From Chloroflexota bacterium (GTDB taxonomy: Bacteria > Chloroflexota > UBA11872 > VXOZ01), in the NCBI GenBank assembly GCA_964291655.2, contig OZ219801.1, positions 288,001 to 352,000 of the forward strand: a stretch of DNA of 64,000 nt, read 5' to 3'. Positions within the stretch are counted from its first letter, which is position 1; the number at the start of each line of letters is the position of its first letter. Below the pieces are notes generated by a model that saw nothing but the letters and a program-made list of their open reading frames with translations, was not told where the DNA came from and ran no database searches. This document shows, in pieces, positions 1 to 9,582 of the stretch. The position numbers and the translations under genes were made by a program.

Positions 1-367
1 CCGAAGTCGCATCGAGCGAGGAAATCAGATTCCGGATAAGAAAGCCAATTGCGGCCGCAACCACAAGATTGGCCGCAGGACCTGCGGCAGCCACCATGGC
101 CCCTCCTGAAATGGGGCCGTTGCGTAGGTTAGCGGGATTATAGGGCACAGGCTTACCCCAACCGAAGCCGATTAGAAAGATCATGATGGTTCCCATCAGG
201 TCTAGATGGGAGAGAGGATTGAGCGTCAGCCTTCCCCGAGAGCTGGCCGTAGGGTCTCCCAGCCGATTAGCCATCCAAGCATGACTAAATTCATGCACAG
301 AGATACCAACAACGAGCGCAAGGAGCAGACCGAGAAATACCGCTGGGTTTCCTAGCTGGGCAAGCAA
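1..367 (-). CDS. Site-2 protease (M50 family) membrane metallopeptidase, runs off the window edge
   Basis: Manual translation from TTG at 367: MLAQLGNPAVFLGLLLALVVGISVHEFSHAWMANRLGDPT...GRLTLNPLSHLD...GWGKPVP...AAAGPAAN; HEXXH and GP motifs; GAGG RBS. Confidence 0.9.
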   Translation of the reverse strand, partial: MLAQLGNPAVFLGLLLALVVGISVHEFSHAWMANRLGDPTASSRGRLTLNPLSHLDLMGTIMIFLIGFGWGKPVPYNPANLRNGPISGGAMVAAAGPAANLVVAAAIGFLIRNLISSLDATS

Positions 368-552
368 ATCTGACCTCGCGTCGGACAGGATGGAGAGCGG
401 ACAGGCAGTCACTTTCATCGTAGCACTGAGCCCATAAAATGACAACGTCACTTGTCGTTACTAAGCGCTTTTGCTACGATTAAGCAAGCCGCCAAATCTG
501 GGGCGCAGTTTTATTTGTCCTGAGTGGGTTAAAAACTGGAGCAAGCGACTTA

Positions 553-879
553 ATGCGTGCAAGTGCTGCCCATGTAGATCCTGTGGAGATGTTTACGGGC
601 GTACATCGCAAGACGTTGGCATATGGCGACAAGGCCATGATTTGCCAGATTGCATTTGCGCCCGGCGGCGATGTACCTCTGCACAATCACCCCAACGAAC
701 AAACAGGGTATGTGCTGGAAGGCACGCTAAAGTTGACCATCGGCGAGGAATTGCTGATACTCAAGCCGGGCGAGACGTATGTGATACCCGGCCATACGCC
801 GCATGCCGCCACCGCTGACGAGCCCACCGTTGTGCTAGACATCTTTTCGCCGCCGCGCGAGGACTATAAGGATAGCTAG
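553..879 (+). CDS. Cupin domain protein
   Basis: [16 protein letters not shown] and IPGHTPHA cupin motifs. Confidence 0.85.
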   Translation: MRASAAHVDPVEMFTGVHRKTLAYGDKAMICQIAFAPGGDVPLHNHPNEQTGYVLEGTLKLTIGEELLILKPGETYVIPGHTPHAATADEPTVVLDIFSPPREDYKDS

Positions 880-1051
880 GCGGTAATCCGCTGTGCCTCT
901 GGCATTATTCATTGCTGAGTGGTCAGGCGGTGCCGGTCGGGAGAGTTGCGGCCCACAGAGCATTGGGGACGAGATCGAACAAAATTGGCAACAACAGCCT
1001 GCAATTCAAGAACTAACATGACAGAACACCAATTTGAGGAGGAAGTGCGCT

Positions 1052-1294
1052 TTGCTTAGGATCCGTCTTGTTCGCATTGGTAAACGAAAACAACCCCACT
1101 ACCGGGTTGTCGTAGCCGACTCCAAGGTGGCGCGCAATGGGCGTCATGTAGAACTGTTGGGACACTATAATCCACGGACCGAGCCTTCAACTGTGGAGAT
1201 CGATACGGAGCGTGCGCAAAAGTGGTTGCAGCAGGGCGCACAGCCTTCAGACCGCGTGCGCAAGCTGCTTAAGATTGCCGGATTGGAGATCTGA
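1052..1294 (+). CDS. rpsP: 30S ribosomal protein S16
   Basis: MLRIRLVRIGKRKQPHYRVVVADS...GAQPSDRV; TTG start after GAGGAGG. Confidence 0.97.
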   Translation: MLRIRLVRIGKRKQPHYRVVVADSKVARNGRHVELLGHYNPRTEPSTVEIDTERAQKWLQQGAQPSDRVRKLLKIAGLEI

Positions 1295-1296
1295 GG

Positions 1297-1632
1297 ATGA
1301 ATCAAAGGCGATCCGGCAGACCGCGTGATGGTGGGCGTCGAGGACCGCGGCAGTGGGGCGGCGGCGGCCGCGACTATCGCGGCGACAGCGGCACAATCCC
1401 GGCCCTGACTGGCCTCATTGAGTTCGTTGCTTACGGCTTGGTGCGCAACGTGGACGCGGTACAGGTGCGTGAAATCGTGCGCTCTCAAGCTGTAGTCTAC
1501 GAACTGCGCGTCGCTGAGGAAGACAAAGGACGAGTGATTGGCAAGGACGGTCGTATCGCGCAAGCCCTACGCACGGTAATGCGCGCGGCGGCTGGAGAAT
1601 CGAGCCGACGTGTCGCGCTTGACATCATCTGA
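1297..1632 (+). CDS. khpA: KH-domain RNA-binding protein (KhpA/YlqC) with RG-rich N-terminal extension
   Basis: GRVIGKDGR GXXG loop; conserved position between rpsP and rimM. Confidence 0.9.
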   Translation: MNQRRSGRPRDGGRRGPRQWGGGGRDYRGDSGTIPALTGLIEFVAYGLVRNVDAVQVREIVRSQAVVYELRVAEEDKGRVIGKDGRIAQALRTVMRAAAGESSRRVALDII

Positions 1633-2197
1633 TCAGCCGGGCGAACAGATCACTGCTGAGGGAGCGAGTACCGTAGACCGGGGCGACGCGTACGACGGCT
1701 GGATCATCATCGGCCGGGTGACGGCCGCCCACGGTGTGCGGGGCGAAATTCGCGTAGACATTCGTACCGACTTCCCAGAGCGCTTTCAAAATCTCAAGCG
1801 TCTGTATATCGGTGAATCGCATACACCGCATCGCATAGAGAAAGTGCGCTTTACACCAAAAGGCGCGCTGCTGAAGCTCGCTGGCATTGACTTTCGTGAC
1901 ACTGCAAGTAAGCTTGCCCGCTCGTACATCGCGCTCCCCGAATCTGAAATGCCGCCACTCCCTGACGGCAGCTTTCATCACCACCAGATTAAGGGACTGG
2001 GAGTCTACACGGTTGATGACTGCTATCTCGGCACCGTCGCAGAGATAATCGCTACCGGCAGTAACGACGTATACATCGTGCGCGGCGATCAGACTGGGGA
2101 GATTCTTCTGCCCGCTATTGCCGAGGTAGTACACGACATAGACTTGGAAACCCAACGCATAGTCGTTCACCTCATTCCCGGTTTAGTGCCCGATTGA
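1610..2197 (+). CDS. rimM: 16S rRNA processing protein RimM
   Basis: IGRVTAAHGVRGE, TGSNDVY, ILLPAI motifs; synteny. Confidence 0.95.
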   Translation: MSRLTSSDQPGEQITAEGASTVDRGDAYDGWIIIGRVTAAHGVRGEIRVDIRTDFPERFQNLKRLYIGESHTPHRIEKVRFTPKGALLKLAGIDFRDTASKLARSYIALPESEMPPLPDGSFHHHQIKGLGVYTVDDCYLGTVAEIIATGSNDVYIVRGDQTGEILLPAIAEVVHDIDLETQRIVVHLIPGLVPD

Positions 2198-2267
2198 GCC
2201 TGATACTTGCGCGCCTTTCCAACCTATCTCGCCGCAGACAAGAGTTACCTTCCCTCTCACCCGCTCT

Positions 2268-2277
2268 ATGCTAAACT
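2268..2277 (+). promoter_or_regulatory. Extended -10 promoter (TGnTAAACT) for the putative 6S RNA
   Basis: ATGCTAAACT a few nt upstream of the hairpin RNA. Confidence 0.5.
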
Positions 2278-2279
2278 CC

Positions 2280-2430
2280 CGGGAGACATGACCTCTTGGG
2301 AACCGGTCAGTTCGCAGGAGTGGCTAGCTGGTCACTTCTTGGCCGATCGGTAGCGTAACCGGAAGCAGTGACGAAAATCACCACCAACGGACTGCCAGTT
2401 CTAACCAGCCCTGAGAAGACTGCTCTCGTT
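2280..2430 (+). ncRNA. ssrS: Probable 6S RNA (SsrS/SsaA-like)
   Basis: Folds by eye into a rod: CGGGAG/CTCTCG, TCTTGGG/CCC-GAGA, GGTCAG/CTAACC, GCAG/CTGC, central bubble, GTCACT/AGTGAC, CGGT/ACCG; resembles cyanobacterial-type 6S from memory; no ORF support. Confidence 0.7.
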
Positions 2431-2485
2431 TACTCACAGCGCAACCGGCCCAAAGCAGCAACCAAATAGACCGCGAACAAGGCAC

Positions 2486-3244
2486 ATGCTGCGCGTAGAC
2501 ATCCTTACCATATTCCCAGGCTACTTTCGCGGGCCGCTCGACCACGGCACGCTCAGCCGCGCCGTGCAGGGCGGGCAACTCACCGTTGTCGTGCACAATC
2601 TGCGCAACTGGGCCGAGGGCAAGCACAGAGTCACGGACGACTACACCTTTGGCGGCGGTAGCGGCATGGTCATGAAGCCGGAACCGTTTTTCCGCGGGGT
2701 CGCGGACCTCAAGACGCCGGAATCACATGTCATCCTGCTTAGCCCTTCAGGTCGCCTTCTAAACCAGCAGACTGCCACGGACCTGGCGGCACAGCAGCAC
2801 ATCATCATGCTCTGCGGACGCTATGAAGGTGTGGACGAACGAGTAGGGGCACATCTGGCGGATGACGAAATCTCCATCGGCAACTACGTAGTCAGCGGTG
2901 GCGAGTTACCCGCACTCGTGGTGCTCGATGCGACCGCGCGGCACCTGCCAAACGTGCTCGGCGGCGGGCCTGCCGCCGTCCGTGAGGAATCGTTCGCTAC
3001 CGGACTCCTGGAGTATCCGCACTACACGCGCCCCGCCACCTATCGAGGAATGCACGTGCCTGACGTCTTGCTCTCCGGCAATCATCATGAAGTAGCAAAT
3101 TGGCGACGTCGACAGTCGCTCTTGCGCACCCGCGAGCGTCGGCCCGACCTGCTTACGCATGAAGACTTGAGCGATGCGGACAGGGGCCTCCTTGCCGCAG
3201 AGGTAGACTGCGAATCAGCCGCAAATTGCGAAAACACCGACTAA
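2486..3244 (+). CDS. trmD: tRNA (guanine-N1)-methyltransferase
   Basis: DDYTFGGGSGMVM, CGRYEGVDER, LEYPHYTRP motifs. Confidence 0.97.
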   Translation: MLRVDILTIFPGYFRGPLDHGTLSRAVQGGQLTVVVHNLRNWAEGKHRVTDDYTFGGGSGMVMKPEPFFRGVADLKTPESHVILLSPSGRLLNQQTATDLAAQQHIIMLCGRYEGVDERVGAHLADDEISIGNYVVSGGELPALVVLDATARHLPNVLGGGPAAVREESFATGLLEYPHYTRPATYRGMHVPDVLLSGNHHEVANWRRRQSLLRTRERRPDLLTHEDLSDADRGLLAAEVDCESAANCENTD

Positions 3245-3293
3245 TGTGCTACGGTAGCATGAGTATGTGTTCGTAGAGCTATGAGAAGCAGAG

Positions 3294-3638
3294 ATGACAA
3301 CGATAATTGACGAAATTGTAGGATCGCAGCTAAAATCCGACCTGCCTGAGTTTTCCTCCGGAGATACGGTCCGCGTGAACGTAAAGGTTGTTGAGAGCGG
3401 TCGTGAGCGCACGCAGGCCTTCGAAGGTGTAGTCCTCGCGCGTCGCGCCTCAGGCATAAATGAGAACTTCACTGTACGTCGCACCACGCACGGCATCGGC
3501 GTAGAACGGACATTCTTGCTCCATTCTCCTCGCATTGAGAGTGTAAATGTCGTGCGGCGAGGTAGGGTACGACGTGCGAAGCTGTATTATCTCCGTGATC
3601 GTGTCGGCAAAGCCGCACGTATCAAGGAACGCAGATAG
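3294..3638 (+). CDS. rplS: 50S ribosomal protein L19
   Basis: FSSGDTVRV...[11 protein letters not shown]...RRAKLYYLR. Confidence 0.97.
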   Translation: MTTIIDEIVGSQLKSDLPEFSSGDTVRVNVKVVESGRERTQAFEGVVLARRASGINENFTVRRTTHGIGVERTFLLHSPRIESVNVVRRGRVRRAKLYYLRDRVGKAARIKERR

Positions 3639-3658
3639 TACGCACCCTACAGGAAGGA

Positions 3659-4498
3659 ATGCCCGCTAGCGTGAAAAACAGCGGGCATTGTCGCGTAATG
3701 CGTACATCCGTTCGCATGGATAGCCTCGAAATAGAGCGGTCTTGGTTGGACCGCGGCGCTACGTTGATTGCCGGAACGGATGAAGTCGGTCGTGGCGCCT
3801 GGGCTGGTCCCGTAGTGGCCGGCATGGTTGCCGTTCCACCAAAGCTCTACCAATCGCTGCCGGTCGAATTGCATGGAGTTGACGATTCCAAGCTACTTAG
3901 TCCGAAGCAGCGCACGGCGCTCGCACCCAGTGTCATGACTCACGTCGCAGCATGGGGCTTGGGCGCGGTAACATCGCGCGAGATCGCGGTCGCCGGCCTT
4001 AGCGCCGCCGTACGTCTTGCCATCCGGCGTGCCTATGCAGACCTCAATGCCAAGCTCCAGCGCGCTCCGGACATTCTGCTTACCGATGCCGTGACCCTGC
4101 CCAATCCGCCGGTCCGCGTAGAGTCCCACCCCAAGGCCGACCAGCGCTGTCTCTCGGTCGCCATGGCCTCCATCCTCGCCAAAGTGCACCGCGACTGGCT
4201 AATGCGCCGCTTCGGTCAGATCTATCCCAGCTATGACTTTGCCAACAACAAGGGATACGGCACGCGCAGACATCAGTTGGCGTTGTCGCGGCTTGGCCCC
4301 TGCGCCATTCACCGCGCTACCTACCTTCCCGTCATGCGTGCCGCGTCTCAGCTTCTTCACCCAGCGCATGTAGCCCTAAGTTCCAATGTAGACCCAAGCG
4401 AAGCATGCCAGGATGCCGACTCAGGTCGTCAATGCATTGCAGCAGTGGCAGAAACTGCCTCCAACGTGCAAAGCAGCCAGTGGGGAGCCGGCCCATGA
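3659..4498 (+). CDS. rnhB: Ribonuclease HII (start may be 3716)
   Basis: GTDEVGRG, DSKLL, ASILAKV, NKGYGT motifs; follows rplS. Confidence 0.93.
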   Translation: MPASVKNSGHCRVMRTSVRMDSLEIERSWLDRGATLIAGTDEVGRGAWAGPVVAGMVAVPPKLYQSLPVELHGVDDSKLLSPKQRTALAPSVMTHVAAWGLGAVTSREIAVAGLSAAVRLAIRRAYADLNAKLQRAPDILLTDAVTLPNPPVRVESHPKADQRCLSVAMASILAKVHRDWLMRRFGQIYPSYDFANNKGYGTRRHQLALSRLGPCAIHRATYLPVMRAASQLLHPAHVALSSNVDPSEACQDADSGRQCIAAVAETASNVQSSQWGAGP

Positions 4499-4869
4499 GT
4501 GCAAGCCGGGAGCGCCAAACCATTGGACGATGGGGAGAGGAAGAGGCGGCCCGTTACCTAGCCGTGCAGGGCTACACTATTTTGACCCGCAACTATCGCA
4601 CCCCAGCGGGAGAATTGGACATAGTCGCGCGAGATGGCGACGCCATCGTGTTTGTTGAGGTAAAGACTCGGCGTACAACCAGTTTTGGGCCTCCCCAAGC
4701 GGCTGTGACCGCAGCCAAAGCTGCACACATTATCGCGGCGGCCCAGCATTACCTGCTTGACACCGAACAGATTGACGGGCCATGGCGAATTGACGTAGTA
4801 GCAGTTTTCGGCAACCCAAAGTCTTCGCCCCAAATAACGCTCATTCGCAGTGCAGTGGAGGCAAACTAA
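4495..4869 (+). CDS. yraN: YraN family (UPF0102) PD-(D/E)XK protein
   Basis: GRWGEEEAA...RNYR...GELDIVA...FVEVKTR; ATG overlaps rnhB stop. Confidence 0.9.
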   Translation: MSASRERQTIGRWGEEEAARYLAVQGYTILTRNYRTPAGELDIVARDGDAIVFVEVKTRRTTSFGPPQAAVTAAKAAHIIAAAQHYLLDTEQIDGPWRIDVVAVFGNPKSSPQITLIRSAVEAN

Positions 4870-4874
4870 AGCGC

Positions 4875-5948
4875 ATGCCAACGCTATGGAATTCGTCATT
4901 CACACGTGAAGAGCTTCTCTCCCGTGTCGGCAGCATGGACCAAGTCGGCGGGGCACGGCGGCTCCGTTGGGAAGAGGGGCCGGAAGACGCCATGCTTGCC
5001 GCCGAGATGCGCACCGGTTCGGGCTTGAACCTCTGGATCACGCCGACTCGCGGCCTGGACGTCGCACACGCCGAGTATAACGGTATCCCTTTAGCGTGGC
5101 GGTCTCGCACGGGCGACGTCCACAGCGCGTATTTTGAACCTCCCGGGCTCGGGTGGCTGCGCGGGTTCTTCGGCGGACTCATCACCACGTGCGGGCTCAC
5201 TTACCTGGGTGCGGCGGGCCCGGATCGGGAAGAAGACCTTGGCATCCACGGCCGCATTTCCTATACTGCAGCCCGGAACGTCCTTGTAGACAACGACTGG
5301 GACGGCGACGACTACGTGATGCGCGTGCAGGGGAAGCTGACCGAGAGCGCGGTTTTTGGTAATACCCTGGTGCTTACGCGCCGCATTACGGCGCGCTTAG
5401 GTGAGCCGCGGTTCTTCGTGCACGATAGTGTGGAGAATAGAGGACGCGAGCGTAGCCCATTCATGCTGCTTTACCACGTCAACATCGGCTTTCCGTTAGT
5501 GCATCGTGATTCACGGCTTCTCCTACCGACGGAACACGTTACACCACGTGACGAGGCCGCCCAAGTGGGGCATGAATTGTACGATCGTTTTGAAGACCCC
5601 ACACCAGACTATGCAGAACGCGTCTATTTCCATGCCATGAAACCGAATTCAGAAGGACGCGCGCAAGCTGCAATCGTGAATCCCGGCTTGCGCGACGGCA
5701 TCGGCGTGTATCTTCGCTATGACCCTCGGGAGCTCCCGTGCTTTACCGAGTGGAAGATGATGAATAGCGATGAGTACGTCGTCGGCTTGGAACCGGGTAA
5801 CTGCCTGCCGCTGGGGCGTGCTGTGGAGCGAAGCGAGGGCAGGCTGCGAAACTTGGAACCGGGAGAGGTGCAAGAGTTTCACCTCGAATGCGGCGTGTTG
5901 GACGGCAGCCAGGCAATCCGATCCTTCGAACAGGCCATGCGATCATGA
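4875..5948 (+). CDS. Aldose 1-epimerase-like protein (DUF4432 type)
   Basis: RGLDV, GLITTCGL, HGRIS, LYHVNIGFP, GLEPGN motifs. Confidence 0.8.
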   Translation: MPTLWNSSFTREELLSRVGSMDQVGGARRLRWEEGPEDAMLAAEMRTGSGLNLWITPTRGLDVAHAEYNGIPLAWRSRTGDVHSAYFEPPGLGWLRGFFGGLITTCGLTYLGAAGPDREEDLGIHGRISYTAARNVLVDNDWDGDDYVMRVQGKLTESAVFGNTLVLTRRITARLGEPRFFVHDSVENRGRERSPFMLLYHVNIGFPLVHRDSRLLLPTEHVTPRDEAAQVGHELYDRFEDPTPDYAERVYFHAMKPNSEGRAQAAIVNPGLRDGIGVYLRYDPRELPCFTEWKMMNSDEYVVGLEPGNCLPLGRAVERSEGRLRNLEPGEVQEFHLECGVLDGSQAIRSFEQAMRS

Positions 5949-6682
5949 AGCCAATCACCGTCCTCTGGTCCGATGGTGTCAGTGAAGCAGAAGCCAAAGA
6001 GTCCATTGGCGCCATGCGCGACTTTCTGCGCTATCTGCGGGGAGTCGCCGATGAACAGGACATCGGCCTCGCGCCGATAGTCTTGCGCCCATACGGCAAC
6101 TGGATACTCAAAGGCACCGCCGGCAAGGAAGCGTACCACTCATTCCGTTGGTACTGGGAATCTAGCCTCGACCAAAACACAGGACAGGTTTCCGCCGCAA
6201 CTTTCATAGAAATCGTCCGCTTTGAACCCTGGCAGCACGTCGATCCTCACCTGGATCTTGCTCTCCTGCACACAGAGTTGCGTAACGACACGACGGAAAC
6301 AGAAGGTGACTTTCCTTCAGTCTTCGCCTGCACCGAGCCCGACTTGGTCACAGTGATTTCTATCCGCCACCTTTCGCAAATTGCGGACTGCGATTTGCGT
6401 CTCAAGTGCCTGCGGAGTCTCGTCATGCATAACTTCGGTCATCTCGTCGGGCTTCCCATAGGCTTACAAACAACGAAACAGCACACGATAAGTGAATCAG
6501 TTGTAGACGCCAAGACTCGGGGACGAACGTGCGCGCTACCTTGTATCATGTACGAAGCACAGTCAATTGATGAGTTGATGGCGATTGCTACAGCAAGAGA
6601 AGACGACAGTCCGTTTCTGTGTGAGTTGTGTCAGGAAGTGATGCGCGAGATAGTGTTCACCCTGCACTTCTCTCCCAATTAG
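5945..6682 (+). CDS. Archaemetzincin-like zinc protein lacking the catalytic Glu
   Basis: HNFGHLVGL in place of HEXGHXXGL, followed by C-xxx-CIM and CELC; ATG overlaps upstream stop. Confidence 0.6.
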   Translation: MKPITVLWSDGVSEAEAKESIGAMRDFLRYLRGVADEQDIGLAPIVLRPYGNWILKGTAGKEAYHSFRWYWESSLDQNTGQVSAATFIEIVRFEPWQHVDPHLDLALLHTELRNDTTETEGDFPSVFACTEPDLVTVISIRHLSQIADCDLRLKCLRSLVMHNFGHLVGLPIGLQTTKQHTISESVVDAKTRGRTCALPCIMYEAQSIDELMAIATAREDDSPFLCELCQEVMREIVFTLHFSPN

Positions 6683-6743
6683 GCGGCATGCATAGCCTGT
6701 ACAGAGCTAAAGGCTACATGAGAGACGAATCACCACTGGAATT

Positions 6744-7670
6744 ATGAAGCAACTTGACCGCTTTCGCGGCACACTCGTTGGACTTGCCATAGGAGAGTGT
6801 CTCGGCGCAACCACCGAAGGCATGACGCCGCGAGAGATTCGCACCCGGTATGGATTGTTGCGAGACTTGCGAGGTCCCGCTACCGCCAGTGCCGGTGAAA
6901 TTGGCAATCAAGCCCGCTGCCTTGCAGAGAGTCTCGTCGCCTGCGGCGAATATGATCCGGAAGACGCCCTCCAGCGTTTGGTCGCATGGTCGTTTAGTTC
7001 ACAGGGCGTCCTCTCCCAGGACGTAACCAACCGCACGCTTGCCAAAGTAGCCACCGGGATGATGTGGGAGCACGCTTCGTCACTCACGTATTGGGAGTCC
7101 GGCGGCAAGACGACGGGCATTCACGTCGTGGGCCGGTGCGCGCCATTGGCCCTACTCTTCGCCCAGCATCCGGAGCAGAACATAGCCGCCACGTACAGCA
7201 GCGCCCGGCTTACGCACTATGATCGCATGTGGAGCTGGGCAGCCGTCACGCTCAACCTCATTATCTCCGCGCTCATTGCCGGCAACACCATCAAGGACTC
7301 TCTCAAGCTAATCTTGGACCACATGGAAGACTACGACGTGCCCGTACCGGTCTTAGAGCGGCTGTCCCAATTGGAAGCAACCACGTACATTCACCCATCC
7401 ACAATGGCATTCGATGCATTGGAAGCCGCCATTGTATGCCTGCTGCGCACGGAGACCGCGTCTTCGACGAAGTCAGCCGAGTCAGCGCTGGTTGAAGCCA
7501 TAAACTTGGGAGGCGCAAGTCAAGCGACGGGTGCAGTCTGCGGCGCGCTGGTGGGAGCTTCGCACGGGCTCTCTCACCTGCCCGACCGCTGGTGGCAACG
7601 TCTCGAAGACGTAGAGGCATTCGTCGAACTGGCTGACAGTCTCTGCAGCCTTGTGCACGAATCCCCTTGA
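6744..7670 (+). CDS. ADP-ribosylglycohydrolase-family homologue with degenerate metal-binding motifs
   Basis: GTLVGLAIGECLG, LAESL, RLTH, AINLGG...GAVCGALVGA family signatures; TDD and DxDT motifs absent. Confidence 0.8.
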   Translation: MKQLDRFRGTLVGLAIGECLGATTEGMTPREIRTRYGLLRDLRGPATASAGEIGNQARCLAESLVACGEYDPEDALQRLVAWSFSSQGVLSQDVTNRTLAKVATGMMWEHASSLTYWESGGKTTGIHVVGRCAPLALLFAQHPEQNIAATYSSARLTHYDRMWSWAAVTLNLIISALIAGNTIKDSLKLILDHMEDYDVPVPVLERLSQLEATTYIHPSTMAFDALEAAIVCLLRTETASSTKSAESALVEAINLGGASQATGAVCGALVGASHGLSHLPDRWWQRLEDVEAFVELADSLCSLVHESP

Positions 7671-8365
7671 AGCTTCCTGCCCCTCTGCAAGAAGCACAGT
7701 TTCTCTCGCGACCCAATCGCTTTACGTGTCTCGTGCAACTTCCGCGCCAAAGCAAACCCGTTTCCGCGCATCTTCCCGATCCGGGCAGGCTGCGTGAACT
7801 GCTGCGGCCCGGCGCCCGCGTGTGGCTGGAACCAAAGTCCGGCGCCCAGCGCAAGACTCGATTCCAGGTGTGGTTGGTGGAAAAAGACCAGACCCTCGTC
7901 TCACTGAACACACAGCTACCGAACGATCTCGTCCAGGAAGCCTTAGAGCAGGGCAGCCTCTCTGAGCTTAGTCAGTACACTTCATGGAAGCGGGAGTGCC
8001 GCGTTGGTAGCAGCCGGCTAGATTTCTTCTTAGAGAATGCCGGCGGCGCCTGCTGGATGGAGGTAAAATCGGTCACGCTTGTGGAAGATGGCCGCGGCCT
8101 ATTCCCCGATGCACCAACGGAACGTGGACGCAAACACGTGGCTGAGCTAACGAAGCTCCGACAGTCCGGCGCGCGGGCAGTCGTCTTCTTCGTCGTGCAG
8201 CGCGACGATGCTGTTAGCGTCGCAGCCAACCACCGCACTGACGCCAAGTTTGCCCAAGCTCTACATACTGCCCATCGCTGTGGCGTAGAGTTGATCGCCT
8301 ACAATTGCGTGGTTACGTCAGCCCTTGCAGCAATAAACCAGCGCATTCCTGTGATCGTGGACTAG
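7667..8365 (+). CDS. sfsA: DNA/RNA nuclease SfsA
   Basis: RPNRF, HLPDPGRL, RLDF, EVKSVTL, FPDAPTERGRKH. Confidence 0.93.
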   Translation: MKLPAPLQEAQFLSRPNRFTCLVQLPRQSKPVSAHLPDPGRLRELLRPGARVWLEPKSGAQRKTRFQVWLVEKDQTLVSLNTQLPNDLVQEALEQGSLSELSQYTSWKRECRVGSSRLDFFLENAGGACWMEVKSVTLVEDGRGLFPDAPTERGRKHVAELTKLRQSGARAVVFFVVQRDDAVSVAANHRTDAKFAQALHTAHRCGVELIAYNCVVTSALAAINQRIPVIVD

Positions 8366-8617
8366 CGCTGCTTAAGCGCCGCTGACATCGGTGGAGAGAA
8401 AGTGCAAAACGCCTAATTCAACGCGACAACTCTACTCAACATTCTGCTGATATAGCACCGGCAGATTGCAACTCTCGGCATCTCACCTTAAGTAGAATGG
8501 CCGAACCGGATGCCTCATTCCTACCCACGTGGAGTGTTGTAGTGCAGGCAAAATTCCGATTCGACCGCAATCGCAGTTTAAGAAGATTCTATAGTCGCCC
8601 GTCGAGCTAGGAATAGC

Positions 8618-9388
8618 TTAGTCCGGTGCAACAATTGGATTGGCGAGCGTGCCGATATTGTCGATGAGTACTTCCACGCGGTCGCCAACCTCCATCGGCC
8701 CTATGCCGCTTGGGGTGCCCGTTATGATTACGTCACCCGGCAACAGCGTGAACGCCTGCGACACATAGTGAACGATATAGTCCGGCTTGAACACCATGTC
8801 GGCCGTATTGCTGTCCTGCTTCGTTTCACCGTTAAGTTTTGTCTGGATCCGCAATCCAACCGGATCGATTTCGTTTACGAGCACCGGCCCCAGCGGGCAG
8901 AACGTGTCCATTCCTTTAGCGCGCGCCCACTGCCCGTCACTGCGCTGCAAATCCCGCGCGCTGACATCATTGGCGCAGGTGTAGCCGGCGACCACGTCCA
9001 GCGCCTCGTCTACCGAGACGCGATGGGCGGTCTTGCCAATCACCATCGCCAATTCACACTCATAGTCCAACTGCGTAGTGAGGTGGGAATAGATTACACC
9101 TTCTTCATGGCCAATAATGGCCGTCGGCGGTTTCAAGAACAGCATCGGCTCTTTTGGAATCTCCATCCCGCTCTCTTCGGCATGGAGCTTATAGTTTAAA
9201 CCCACACAGATTACCTTCGTTGGTGATGCGGGTGGCAAGACGTGCAAGTCCCACGGAGCGACAGACCGATTGCTCCGCGACCATCCTGTGAATGGATCAC
9301 CCACTACTGGCGTAACAGTATCTCCCTCAACAATTCCCCACGCCGGGCGAGAACCGTCTTGATATCGAACGAATTTCACCTGCAACAC
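8618..9388 (-). CDS. Fumarylacetoacetate hydrolase family protein
   Basis: CVGLNY..H, FLKP, DYECEL, NDVSARD, TGTPSG. Confidence 0.92.
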   Translation of the reverse strand: MLQVKFVRYQDGSRPAWGIVEGDTVTPVVGDPFTGWSRSNRSVAPWDLHVLPPASPTKVICVGLNYKLHAEESGMEIPKEPMLFLKPPTAIIGHEEGVIYSHLTTQLDYECELAMVIGKTAHRVSVDEALDVVAGYTCANDVSARDLQRSDGQWARAKGMDTFCPLGPVLVNEIDPVGLRIQTKLNGETKQDSNTADMVFKPDYIVHYVSQAFTLLPGDVIITGTPSGIGPMEVGDRVEVLIDNIGTLANPIVAPD

Positions 9389-9582
9389 TCCTTTAGATAC
9401 GTCTATCCCTCAACAAGGATAGTGTTTATCGCTGGCAGATGCAAAGCGCGCCACGTAGGGTAGCTCCGCCGATGAAGGTGAATGGCAATTGTCAGCGTGT
9501 GCATCAATCGTCAGTGGAATACCCTCCAGCAAGAAGTGATTCCGTCAGATTGCGCCGGAGACTTAGCCGGACAAGACCACCC

